Origin: Candidatus Bathyarchaeota archaeon
Lineage (GTDB): Archaea; Thermoproteota; Bathyarchaeia; TCS64
DNA: 64,000 nt
Reading direction: 5' to 3'
NCBI GenBank assembly: GCA_963771885.1
Contig: CAVYVF010000007.1
Location: forward strand, 64,001 to 128,000
A model generated the notes under the pieces. It was not told the origin of the DNA. It did not search any database and saw only the letters and a list, made by a program, of their open reading frames with translations. A program made the position numbers and the translations under genes. This document shows positions 31,120 to 41,042 of this stretch, piece after piece (within the stretch, counting starts at the first letter, position 1; every line of letters begins with the position of its first letter).

Positions 31120-31347
31120 TTGTTTGAGTGGCTTAGAAGAGTCTTCGGAAAGGCAAAATTTAGTAAAGACGGGTTAAAGCGCCGCACCACCTGTCGAATT
31201 TGCACATTCCTCGACGGGTTAACGCCAAATACGCAGATAACTCTTTGCAAAGCATGCGACGAGTTTCTCGGAAGTAATGTGCTTGAGTTTTCAAACTCAT
31301 TAAGGTACAGGCTGTTACTCGATGCAAGCTCCGTAACGCGTGAATAG
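31120..31347 (+). CDS. Possible small double-CxxC zinc-binding protein
   Basis: 75-aa ORF with CRIC and CKAC; TTATATTAAA upstream. Confidence 0.35.
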   Translation: MFEWLRRVFGKAKFSKDGLKRRTTCRICTFLDGLTPNTQITLCKACDEFLGSNVLEFSNSLRYRLLLDASSVTRE

Positions 31348-31872
31348 AACGGTGGAGTCGTGCGCATACGCCAAAAAATGCAGCTATCATGGAACTCTAT
31401 TTTTTTAAATCACTCATAGTGAAACATCTGAGACAAAATATCCAAACTAGAGTAAGAGGCGGTTTTTCATGCGTTTACGCTTGCGCAAATACTCCTGTTT
31501 GCCCCACATGCGCTATCAACAGAGCAATCTTAATCTAGCTTATTTTCATGCCTAATCGTTTACTAATTGACCAATTAAAATAAATATACATCCCAATAAA
31601 TAGCATGGTTACACCCGCTCCAAATAGGGCTAGTTTTATCTGATTATCCATACTAAATCAATTACTATCTTTTCCCCCCTTATTTATCCCTTTTTTCAAT
31701 TTATATAGCTTCAAATCTTTTCATTTAACTACTTTCAGGCAAAGTCAGGCAAACCTGCCTTTTTCAAAAATATTTAGACTAATATTGCCTAAATTAACTA
31801 AATACCGTTACTATGTGTTAAAAACAACATAAATAAGTTAGGAAACCGTTCTTAAAATCGAGGCGGGACGAC

Positions 31873-33154
31873 TTGGAGCAGACAACACTATTCAGAGCCG
31901 TCGTAGACATCTGCATCCTAATCATTCTCGCGGAACTCACCTCAACAATCGCCGCAAAACTCAATCTACCTCGAATACTCGGGCCACTCTTCGCAGGCAT
32001 CCTATTCGGACCCTACATGATAGGTGGATCGAATCGGAGATACCCCCTTCCTAGAGATAACTGACTGATTCCTCATCTTCTCAGAGATCGGTGCAGTCTG
32101 CTCCTATTCCAGGCGGGGCTCCACATGAAGTTCTCCGACCTGCTAAAAGCGGGACGGCCAAGCCTAACAGTCGCGATCTTGGGAGTAATTTGCCATTCCC
32201 ATCGGCATTAGCGCATCGAGTTGCTTGGATACGATCTGATCGTCGGAATGATCATAGGAGGATCACTTTCGGCGACAAGCATAGCGATCAGCCTAAAGTG
32301 TCTCGGAGAATTCGAGCAGCTCGGGAACCCCAGAAGCTAAGCTAATAATCGGCGCAGCGGTCATCGACGATGTCCTCGCACTCAGCATAGCCTCAGTTAT
32401 ACTTAGCGTATTTCCGATCCCCTTAGCTCAGGTTCACCTCAGTCCTTCGCTCGGTAGGCTTCACACTCATACTGTGGTTCGTCCTCTCAGCGGTCACAAG
32501 CGAGTGGTGCCGTGGTTTACGGAGTGGTTCAACCGACTGGAGAGGCTAGACCCAGTGAGGCAGAACATCGTGCCACTCGCGTCTATCATGCTCTGCTTCG
32601 GCTTCGCAGGAGCCTCAGGTCTACTCGGGCTCAGCCCACTCGTCGGAGCCTTCATGGCTGGCATGGCAGTAGCAGGAAGCAGGTTCCATAGGGATGTCTC
32701 AGAGTTCACAGAGAATCTTTCAGTCCTATTCGTTCCCCTTTTCTTCATAGTGGCTGGTGCTAACGTTAACCCCTATGCGATGTTGAGTGGCGACTTTCTA
32801 CTGATTGGGATTCTCAGCCTCGGAGCGGTAGTAACTAAGCTGGTTGGCTGTGGTATCCCGGCGCAATACTTCCTTAAGAATAAAGAGAAGGGGTTGCGTG
32901 TCGGCTATGGGATGATCAGTCGGGGTGAGATAGGGTTAGTTATTGCTAGTATAGGGAAGAACTATGGAATAATCACTGATGAGGTGTACGTTGCGTTAAT
33001 CGTTGTGATCTTCATCACGACAATTTTACCCCCGATTTTGCTTGGGAATAGCTTCCTCAATGATCCGAGCTGTATGTTGCCTGACTACATTAAAGAACGT
33101 GCAAACCATCACAAACTAAGACAAAAAAATGAGGATGATTCTCGTATCCCGTGA
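31873..33154 (+). pseudogene. CPA2 cation:proton antiporter, many frameshifts in 5' half (pseudogene or low-quality sequence)
   Basis: PRILGPLFAGILFGP, ATSIAIS, AAVIDDV, GAFMAG, FVPLFF, GMISRGE spread over several frames. Confidence 0.75.
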
Positions 33155-33319
33155 AAAATCATCTTAAAAATTTAAAAATTATGCGGTTTGGTGCGGTGGG
33201 TGTGTAGAGAGGGAGCGTGGAGAGAAGACGTAGGGAAATGCGGGAGTCAGTCGGAGAACAAAGAGAGGGGTTTTGGGTAAAACAATTTACCCTCAACGAC
33301 CATATCTCTATGATAAAGT

Positions 33320-34354
33320 ATGTTGGGAGAGGAAAGCGTCGAGAAGAGCATCGAGTGGCTTCTTGAGAACGGCTCGGCGCCGGTCCGGTACATGACGCTC
33401 CTCAGGATCGTGGGTGAAGATCCTGCGTCGCCGGAGATGCACGAGCTCTGGAGGGAGGCGCAGCGCCACCCCGACAACATCGAGGCGTTCACGAAGCAGA
33501 AACCCGACGGCTCCTGGTGCACGGGAGGTTCCTGGGCACCAAAGCCAAGCTACGTGCCCCTAGGAGGCTGTACACCAGTCAGTCCCAAGTACGTCACTAC
33601 ATCGTGGCTCCTCAACATACTTGGCGACGCGGGCTACACAGCCGCCGACCCGCGTATCTCAAAGGCTGTGGAGTATGTCCTCAAGTTCCAGCGCCCAAAC
33701 GGGGTGCTCGTCGAGCACCAAAAGCCATTATCCGATGAGGATCACGATGAGAATCCCCGGAACGTCCCCTGCAGGATGAGCATACAGCTCACGGGGCTCG
33801 CCAAGGTCGGCGCAGCAGACGACCCACGCGTGCGCAAGGGATTTGACGTCCTCCTACACTGGCAACGCGAGGACGGCGGCTGGGTACAGGAAGGACACAG
33901 GGACGGGACGGTAGCCCCCTACAAACTCTGGACGCGCAGTTGCCCCTGGGTCACCTTCTTCACCTGCAACGCCCTCCATGCGAGCCGCTTACCTGTGTAC
34001 CGCGAACCCCTCCGCAGAGGCCTCAACTTCATACTTTGGCATCTGAACCAGAAACGAAGAACGGACATTCGACGCTTCTTTTGGCATGGGCACGAACCCA
34101 TCCGCGAGCTAGTCATGCTCGCAGAGAACGGCTTCGGTAGAGACGAGCCCGCAATTGAGAACTTGCTAGAATGGCTCGAAAAGATGTACGACCCCGAGAC
34201 CGGCTCATACAGGTACAACGGGAAACCAATCTCAAAGATGTCATTACGTGAGGACGGTGGAGACCCACGTGTCATGAAGTATCGCCTCTACCACCTCATC
34301 GAGGAAGACTGGCTCACCTACTGGATGACCAGGATCGAGAAGTGCTTCCTTTAG
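33320..34354 (+). CDS. Prenyltransferase/squalene-cyclase-repeat (alpha/alpha barrel) hypothetical protein
   Basis: QW-like motifs QKPDGSW, QRPNG, QREDGGW; no DxDD. Confidence 0.65.
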   Translation: MLGEESVEKSIEWLLENGSAPVRYMTLLRIVGEDPASPEMHELWREAQRHPDNIEAFTKQKPDGSWCTGGSWAPKPSYVPLGGCTPVSPKYVTTSWLLNILGDAGYTAADPRISKAVEYVLKFQRPNGVLVEHQKPLSDEDHDENPRNVPCRMSIQLTGLAKVGAADDPRVRKGFDVLLHWQREDGGWVQEGHRDGTVAPYKLWTRSCPWVTFFTCNALHASRLPVYREPLRRGLNFILWHLNQKRRTDIRRFFWHGHEPIRELVMLAENGFGRDEPAIENLLEWLEKMYDPETGSYRYNGKPISKMSLREDGGDPRVMKYRLYHLIEEDWLTYWMTRIEKCFL

Positions 34355-34497
34355 AAGTGACGCCTACTTAATCCAGTGATCCTCGAACACCTCATACTGA
34401 GTTATGGGTCATGGGATACTACGGGCAGTATGTCGTTCTATCCCTAATTTAACTCACAAGTTATTTCACCTCAAACAGCCAATCTAAGCCGATCACA

Positions 34498-35556
34498 TTG
34501 AGTCTGTCAGGTTTGGACGGCGACCTCTCGGGGCTACCCATATTGAGGAACGCCAAGAGGAGGCGCTCCAGCAGCTACGACCGTACCGGCGGCAACAAGG
34601 ACTTTATTACAGTCCGCGCGGGGGAGACCGCGACCCTCGCCGAGATGGAGGGAGCAGGAGTTGTCAAACACATCTGGGTAACGATACGTACACGCGACGA
34701 GTTCTTCCTACGTAAGCTTGTGCTCCGGGCATACTGGGATGGCGAGAAAAGCCCGAGCATCGAGGTCCCCATCGGCGACTTCTTCGGCATAGGCCACGCC
34801 ATCAGTAAGAACTACGTCTCCGCTCCCCTACAGATGAGTCCCGAGGACGGGAAAGGCTTCAACTGCTGGTTCCCCATGCCCTACGCGAAGGGCGCCAAGA
34901 TCACGGTTGAGAACCAGGGCTCATGGGACTGCGAGTCCTTCTACTACTACGTCGACTACGAGGAACACAAGGCGTTGCAGGATGGGCTCGGGAGGTTCCA
35001 CGCCACATGGAACCGCGAGAACCCCACAGAGGGCGACAACTCAGACGAGTGGGACAACCCAACATGGCTCTTCCGCGGCGAGAACAAGGAGGGCAAGGAG
35101 AACTACGTCATCCTCGAAGCCGAGGGAAAAGGCCACTACGTCGGCTGCAACATGAACGTCCACAACCTACGCCCCACGGCGCGCTTCAACTGGTACGGCG
35201 AGGGAGACGACATGATCTACATAGACGGAGAGAAGACCCCGAGCCTCATCGGAACGGGAACCGAGGACTTCTACGGGATGAGCTGGTGCCCGACGCAGGA
35301 GTACTGCGCCCCATACCACGGGCTACCCCTCCCCGGCTCCGACAAGAACTGGAACGGCAAAATCACGTGGTACCGATACCACATCCTCGACCCTATCTAC
35401 TTCGAGAAATCCATCAAGGTCACCATCGAGCACGGACACGCCAACAAGCGCAGTGACGACTACAGCAGCACCGCCTACTGGTACCAGACCGAGCCACACA
35501 AGAAGTTTAAGCCCCTCCCACCCGTACAGGAGCGTCTACCGAGGGAGAAGCCATGA
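34498..35556 (+). CDS. Glycoside hydrolase family 172 (DUF2961), no signal peptide
   Basis: SSYDRTGGNKD, PIGDFFG, YGEGDD, GTGTEDF, YRYHILDPIYF, IEHGHAN, SSTAYWYQ. Confidence 0.9.
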   Translation: MSLSGLDGDLSGLPILRNAKRRRSSSYDRTGGNKDFITVRAGETATLAEMEGAGVVKHIWVTIRTRDEFFLRKLVLRAYWDGEKSPSIEVPIGDFFGIGHAISKNYVSAPLQMSPEDGKGFNCWFPMPYAKGAKITVENQGSWDCESFYYYVDYEEHKALQDGLGRFHATWNRENPTEGDNSDEWDNPTWLFRGENKEGKENYVILEAEGKGHYVGCNMNVHNLRPTARFNWYGEGDDMIYIDGEKTPSLIGTGTEDFYGMSWCPTQEYCAPYHGLPLPGSDKNWNGKITWYRYHILDPIYFEKSIKVTIEHGHANKRSDDYSSTAYWYQTEPHKKFKPLPPVQERLPREKP

Positions 35557-37097
35557 AAGTAGGAGTCTTCAGTCCGAACGACGCCCGCCCATGGGTCAGA
35601 GCGGACAACATCGACATGATGATCAACCAGGAGAAGCTACTCGTCGACGCCCTGAAGAAGGCGAAGGTCGAGGTTACCCGCGGCGGCGAAAAACATTCAA
35701 AGATGGACCAGATAGCCTGGAACACCAAGCTCGTCCAGGAGCACATAAAGCACATCGCCGCAGCGAAGCCCGAGACCCTCATCATAAACCAAGGTAGTTG
35801 GACGTTCCCCTGGGACAGCGTAGACGCCGTTAAACGATACGCCGCCGAGACAGGCGACATACCCCGCGTCGTCATGTTCAGCCACAAGGACCCGACCGTC
35901 CCCGGCCTAGTTGCTGGGATGGCGGCGGGCGGGGGACTCACACGCATTGGCGTACCATTCAACCACATCTTCGGCGACATCAAATCCGATAAGACCGTTA
36001 TCAAGCGCCTATTAGCAATACTCGGGTTCAACGAGCGCAGAGCAGCCGAGGCGGAGACTGCGAAGAGGGTCATAGTAGACCTCAAGGCTCAGAAGTACCT
36101 AGCCCTCGGAGGCATGAGCCTCAAGATGCCGACGACGACAGCGGACGTTGACCAGTGGCAAAAGCTCTTCGGAATCAGCTACGAGGCCCTCGACCAGAGC
36201 GAGCTGCTGCGCAAGGCTCTCACCATGGTGGAGTGGAGCGGAAAGCCCGGCGAGGGCAAGTACAAGATACTCGACCCCCGCCTCAAGAAGGCCGCCGACC
36301 ACATCCAGAAACACGGCAAGATCAGCTACGAGCGCCCCAAGCTCAAAGAGTTCGCAAAGATGCTCCTACAGCTCAGCCTCTACTACGCGGGCGAGGACAT
36401 CGTCGACGAATACAGCGTCACGTTCGCGGGCATAAAATGCCAGGACGAGCTGAGCGCGCAGCATTGCACGGCTTGTCTCATGGCCGCCTACCTGAGCAAC
36501 GACGTCGGACCAGACGGCAAGCCTAAGAAGGTGATTCCCATCGCCTGCGAGAACGATATGGACTCCGCCCTCACACAATTAATAATGCACCTAGCATCGG
36601 GCAAGCCGGCTGGCTTCGGAGACTTCCGCGACGTCGAGAACGGCCTCCTCTACATAGTCAACTGCGGGCAACACCCACCCTACTTCTTCGGCGGACCCGA
36701 GATGGACTCGGCGAAGAAACTCGACGAGGTCGAGTACATGGGCCAGGAGATTTTCTATGACGCGGGAGGCAGCAGCGTAAGAGGCAGGACCCCCGGCGGC
36801 CACGTTATGACTGTAGCGCGCCTCGGGAGGGAGAACCTACGCTACCGCCTCGTCGCCAGTGTCATCGAGACACAGCCTGTAGAGCCCGAAGAACATGAGA
36901 AGTACAACCCGAGCTGGCCCATCATCAAGGGTAAGATACCCATGACCGATGAGGAGATCATCAGTGTCTGGCCCTGCAACCACCTAGGCTTCGCCTACGG
37001 CGATCTAACCCCCGCCCTCGCTGAGATCGCTCACCGCCTCGACATCGGCTACACCATCTACGACGCCGACGGCAACAAGTACCACAAACCGACGTGA
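35553..37097 (+). CDS. L-fucose/D-arabinose isomerase (FucI) family protein
   Basis: PGLVA, KCQDEL, ACENDMDS, FGDFRD, NCG, CNHLG metal-ligand pattern. Confidence 0.8.
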   Translation: MKVGVFSPNDARPWVRADNIDMMINQEKLLVDALKKAKVEVTRGGEKHSKMDQIAWNTKLVQEHIKHIAAAKPETLIINQGSWTFPWDSVDAVKRYAAETGDIPRVVMFSHKDPTVPGLVAGMAAGGGLTRIGVPFNHIFGDIKSDKTVIKRLLAILGFNERRAAEAETAKRVIVDLKAQKYLALGGMSLKMPTTTADVDQWQKLFGISYEALDQSELLRKALTMVEWSGKPGEGKYKILDPRLKKAADHIQKHGKISYERPKLKEFAKMLLQLSLYYAGEDIVDEYSVTFAGIKCQDELSAQHCTACLMAAYLSNDVGPDGKPKKVIPIACENDMDSALTQLIMHLASGKPAGFGDFRDVENGLLYIVNCGQHPPYFFGGPEMDSAKKLDEVEYMGQEIFYDAGGSSVRGRTPGGHVMTVARLGRENLRYRLVASVIETQPVEPEEHEKYNPSWPIIKGKIPMTDEEIISVWPCNHLGFAYGDLTPALAEIAHRLDIGYTIYDADGNKYHKPT

Positions 37098-38634
37098 CCG
37101 AGTTGACCTACCTAGTCGGAACGGACATAGGAACCCTCGGGACGAAGACAGTCGTCGTCGACGCCGAGGGACATATCAAGGGAAGCTCATTCCTCGAATA
37201 CGGCGTGTTGACGCCGAAGCAAGGATGGGCAGAGCAGTGGCCCGACGTCTGGGAGAAGGCGGCGCAGGCATCCATCAAGTCAGCGATCGAGAAGGCGAAG
37301 ATAGACCCGAAGGAGATCTCAGGCGCTGCTATAAGTAGCCTCTACGGCGGCAGCGGAATCCCCCTCGACGGGGATATGAAGCCGATCCGCCCCTGCCTAA
37401 TCTGGGCGGACAGGCGCGCCACGGAGGAGTGCAGGTGGCTCAGAGACAACATCGGCGCAGAGGCGCTCTTCAAGGTGACCGGCAACGTCATCGACCCCTA
37501 CTACGGCTACACGAAGATGCTCTGGATCAGGGGAAGGAGCCGGAGAACTGGGCGCGGATACACCGACTCGAGACGCCTAACGCCTACGTCATCAGGGGAC
37601 TCACCGGCATGGAGAGCGTCGACTACAGCAGCGCCGGCAACTACGGCGGATTATTCGACATCCACAAGCGCGACTGGTCTGAGAAAACCATGGACGAGCT
37701 CGGCGTCCCCCGGAGCTTCTTCCCCGAGAAAATCCTCAGCTCAGAGGACATCGTGGGTGAGGTGACCGCGAATGGCTCGAAGGCAACCGGCCTCCCCAAG
37801 GGCACACCCATATGCGCCGGGGGGATAGACGCGAGCGTCAGCGCCCTCGCGGGGGGAGCGATAGCAGACGGTGACCTCGCCTCGATGCTCGGTACCAGCA
37901 TGTGCAACGGCTTCATCAGTCACACCCCCCGCCTCTCCCCGAGAATGATAAACTTCCCCTACGTCGTTAAGGGACGCCAGTACACCTACAGCTTCACCGG
38001 GATCGCGACGGCTGGCTTCAGCGTCCGCTGGTTCAGAGACGAACTCGGACAGAAAGAGAAAGAGGCACAAAAGGAGACGGGCGTCGACGCCTACAAGCAG
38101 CTGGACGAGTTAGCCGCCAATGTGCCGATAGGCAGCGACAACCTAGTCTTCCTCCCTCACCTCATGGTTGGTGAACGCGCCCCCTACTGGGACGAGCACC
38201 TACGCGGCGGATTCCTAGGGCTCGGCGTCTACCACACAAGGGCGCACATGTTCCGCAGCATCCTCGAGGGGGTCGCCTACGCTATGAGATATAGCCTCGA
38301 AGCGGCGTGGGAGGTAGGCATTAAGGTGAACAGGGCGACGCTCGTCGACGGCGGGGCGCGCAGTCCGCTCTGGAGACAGATAGTCGCCGACGTGACCGGA
38401 GTGCCGATGAGCTACATCCCCGGAGCACAAGGCGCACCGCTCGGAGATGCGATACTTGCTGGACTCGGAACCGGAACTATAAGGGATCATAAAGTCATTG
38501 AGAAGTGGATACCCGAAAAGGTACCGATGAAGCCGGTCCCTGAGAACGTCAAAGCTTACCAACGCTTCTATAACCTCTACAAGATGAGCCTCGTGGCGAT
38601 CCGCCCACTCTTCCGGGAGATGGCGGAGGGATAG
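37094..38634 (+). CDS. FGGY carbohydrate kinase (frameshift in G run near 37530)
   Basis: GTDIGT.GTK, WAEQWP, IWADRRA, GGIDA, GERAPYWD, DGGARS.LW.QI.ADV. Confidence 0.9.
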
Positions 38635-38780
38635 TCCGGAAGGAACCGGCTATCAATTCGACTAGATAGAGAATACGAAGCGGGCTGATGAGTTGGCCTT
38701 CTTGCCTCTTAGTTTGATTCGGCGAGCAGCCGATAATTTTGATAAGAGGCCTAACAGAGGCCAAGGCGAAAATTGTATAA
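38631..38780. other. Structured intergenic element (small hairpin plus ~75-nt imperfect hairpin) between convergent genes
   Basis: Nested pairings TTGGCCT/AGGCCAA, GCCTCTTA/TAAGAGGC, TCGGC/GCCGA; separate hairpin CCGG/CCGG at 38636-38649. Confidence 0.55.
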
Positions 38781-38804
38781 TAAATAGAGAAATCGGGTAG
38801 AATT

Positions 38805-39503
38805 CTAGAGGATGATACGCGCATCGACTGCGCGTGCACCCTTCTCGTAGACGAGGAGTGGGTTCATGTCGAGCTCCTTTATCTCGGGGCACTCCATGAG
38901 CATCTGGCTGACGGCGAGGAGCGTGTTCACGATGGTTTCCTTGTCCGCCTTGGCGGTCCCGCGGGGGCCGTCGAGCATCTTCTTTGCCTTGATCTCATCG
39001 ATCATCTCCCACGCGTCCTCCTTGGTTATGGGGGCGAGGCGGAAGCTGACGTCCTTGAGTATCTCGACGAAGATGCCTCCGAGTCCGAACATGATCGTTG
39101 GGCCGAAGGTCGGGTCGACGGTGGAGCCGATGATGATCTCGGTTCCCTTCGGCGCCATCTCTTGGACGAGTATGCCGTCGATGACCGCCGTTGGTACGTT
39201 CTTCTGGATGTTGGCGATGATCTTCTGATAGCCCTCCCTGATGCCCTTCTCGTCGTTAACTCCCACGACGACGCCGCCTGCGTCGCTCTTGTGGAGGACC
39301 TGGGCGGAGACTATCTTGAGGACTATTGGGAAGCCGATCTTGTTCGCAGCGGCGACTGCTGCGTCCTCGGTCTTCGTCACCTCAATCTTCGTGATTGGTA
39401 CGCCGTAGAGACTGCAGAGCATCTTCGCTTCATGCTCGTACAGGAACTTCCTGTTCTCAGCCTTGGCGACGTTAAAGATCTGGTCGACTTTTGGGTCCCT
39501 CAT
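38805..39503 (-). CDS. ADP-forming acetate/acyl-CoA synthetase beta subunit (ATP-grasp)
   Basis: VLKIVS..VLHKSDAGGV, FGPTIMFGLGGIFVE, ELDMNP. Confidence 0.92.
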   Translation of the reverse strand: MRDPKVDQIFNVAKAENRKFLYEHEAKMLCSLYGVPITKIEVTKTEDAAVAAANKIGFPIVLKIVSAQVLHKSDAGGVVVGVNDEKGIREGYQKIIANIQKNVPTAVIDGILVQEMAPKGTEIIIGSTVDPTFGPTIMFGLGGIFVEILKDVSFRLAPITKEDAWEMIDEIKAKKMLDGPRGTAKADKETIVNTLLAVSQMLMECPEIKELDMNPLLVYEKGARAVDARIIL

Positions 39504-39565
39504 GTGGGCAACCTTCCTGAACTCTAGTTAGGGATACTGTTTCGGCTTTTAAAAATATGGGGTAA

Positions 39566-40888
39566 TCAGCGTACAATCTTTTCAGCGGCCTTAAGCCCCT
39601 GCTCAAAGAGGGCTATAATCTCGTCTATCTCCTCGTGCGTAGCGCAGAGAGGAGGGCCTATCTGTATGTGGTCTCCACGGGTTCCGTCGATGGTGCCTGC
39701 GCCTGGGTAGACAATGAGTCCCCTGTCCCAGCACTCCCTGAAGACCCGCTGGTTGAAGCCTAACTTGGGGTCGAGAGGCTCCTTGGTCGCCTTATCTTTT
39801 ACGAACTCGACGCCGGCGAAGAGACCAAGCCCGCGTACGTCACCGACGGTAGGATGGTCATATAACTCCTTGAGCCTCTTCATGAGGTACTTGCCCTGCT
39901 TTGCGGATTTCTCGACGAGATTGTGTTTCTGGACGTAGTCAAGGCAAGCTGAGCCTGCGGCGCAGCAGAGGGCGTGGTTCCCGTATGTGTGTCCGTGGGC
40001 GAACGGACCCTTGAATGCCTCGAAGACTTTGTTGCTGGCAATGACGGCTCCTAGTGGGAGGTAGCCGCTGCTGATTCCCTTGGCTGCGGTTATTATGTCA
40101 GGCTCGACTTCCCAGTGCTCGATGCCCCAGTTCTTTCCAGTGCGACCGCAGCCCGTCATGACCTCGTCTGCTATGAAGAGGACGCCATGCTGGGTGCATA
40201 TCTCGCGTATGAGCTGGAAGTAGCCCTTTGGGGCTGGGACGGTGCCGAGGGTTGCGCCGACGACTGGTTCGGCTATGAAGGCGCTGACGTATTCGGGCCC
40301 CGTAGCACGTATCATCGTGTCGAGGGCACGTGCGCATTCGAGGTCGCATCTGTCGGGGTTCTTGTTGTACGGGCACCTGTAGCAATAGGCTGGGGGTATG
40401 TGTGGGTAATCGATGAGCATTGGCGCGAAGCGGCGTCTCCTGCCAATGTGCCCGCTCATGCTGAGGGCTCCAAGAGTGTTGCCGTGGTAGCTCTGCCAGC
40501 GAGCGATGACCTTGTAACGGGTCTTGTCCCCCTTCTCGAGGTGGTACTGGCGCGCCATCTTAGCAGCCGCCTCTGTCGCCTCGCTTCCACCGTTGCAGAA
40601 GAAGTTGTGCTTGAGCGTCCCGGGACTGAAGGCGGCGAGCTTCTCGCTGAGTTCCTTGACAGCATCAGCGACGAAAAATCCACTGTAGGCGAAGCTGACG
40701 GCGTCCATCTGGCGCTTTATCGAGGCGTTGACCTCGTCAACCCCGTAGCCTATGTTGACGCATAGGGGTCCCCCACTCCCGTCGAGGTACTTCTTACCGT
40801 CTGAGTCCCATATGTAGACGCCCTTACCCTTGACGAGGGTCGGGGTTTCACCGGCTGCACGTGAGAAGAGGTTGTGGTCGCTCGGCAT
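39566..40888 (-). CDS. Class III PLP-dependent aminotransferase
   Basis: GSEATE, SYHGNT, FIADEVMTGCGRTG, AKGISSGYLP, HGHTY. Confidence 0.93.
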   Translation of the reverse strand: MPSDHNLFSRAAGETPTLVKGKGVYIWDSDGKKYLDGSGGPLCVNIGYGVDEVNASIKRQMDAVSFAYSGFFVADAVKELSEKLAAFSPGTLKHNFFCNGGSEATEAAAKMARQYHLEKGDKTRYKVIARWQSYHGNTLGALSMSGHIGRRRRFAPMLIDYPHIPPAYCYRCPYNKNPDRCDLECARALDTMIRATGPEYVSAFIAEPVVGATLGTVPAPKGYFQLIREICTQHGVLFIADEVMTGCGRTGKNWGIEHWEVEPDIITAAKGISSGYLPLGAVIASNKVFEAFKGPFAHGHTYGNHALCCAAGSACLDYVQKHNLVEKSAKQGKYLMKRLKELYDHPTVGDVRGLGLFAGVEFVKDKATKEPLDPKLGFNQRVFRECWDRGLIVYPGAGTIDGTRGDHIQIGPPLCATHEEIDEIIALFEQGLKAAEKIVR

Positions 40889-41042
40889 ATTGATCAGTAT
40901 TGACTGTGTGGATGTTGGTTTAACACTAACGCCGCGGACTCGTGATGTGCTCAGACGAAGAAAAAATTACAATGCATCTCTTCGTGGGATAAGTTGATAG
41001 GTGGGAGACTGTTTTCCTGAGAGTCATTGCGCTGGGTCGAGT

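Noticed and set aside
34355..34375. GTGACGCCTAC resembling the 3' end of a fluoride riboswitch
   Set aside because: The 5' GGxGATGG...CC element is missing, and no fluoride-related gene lies downstream.
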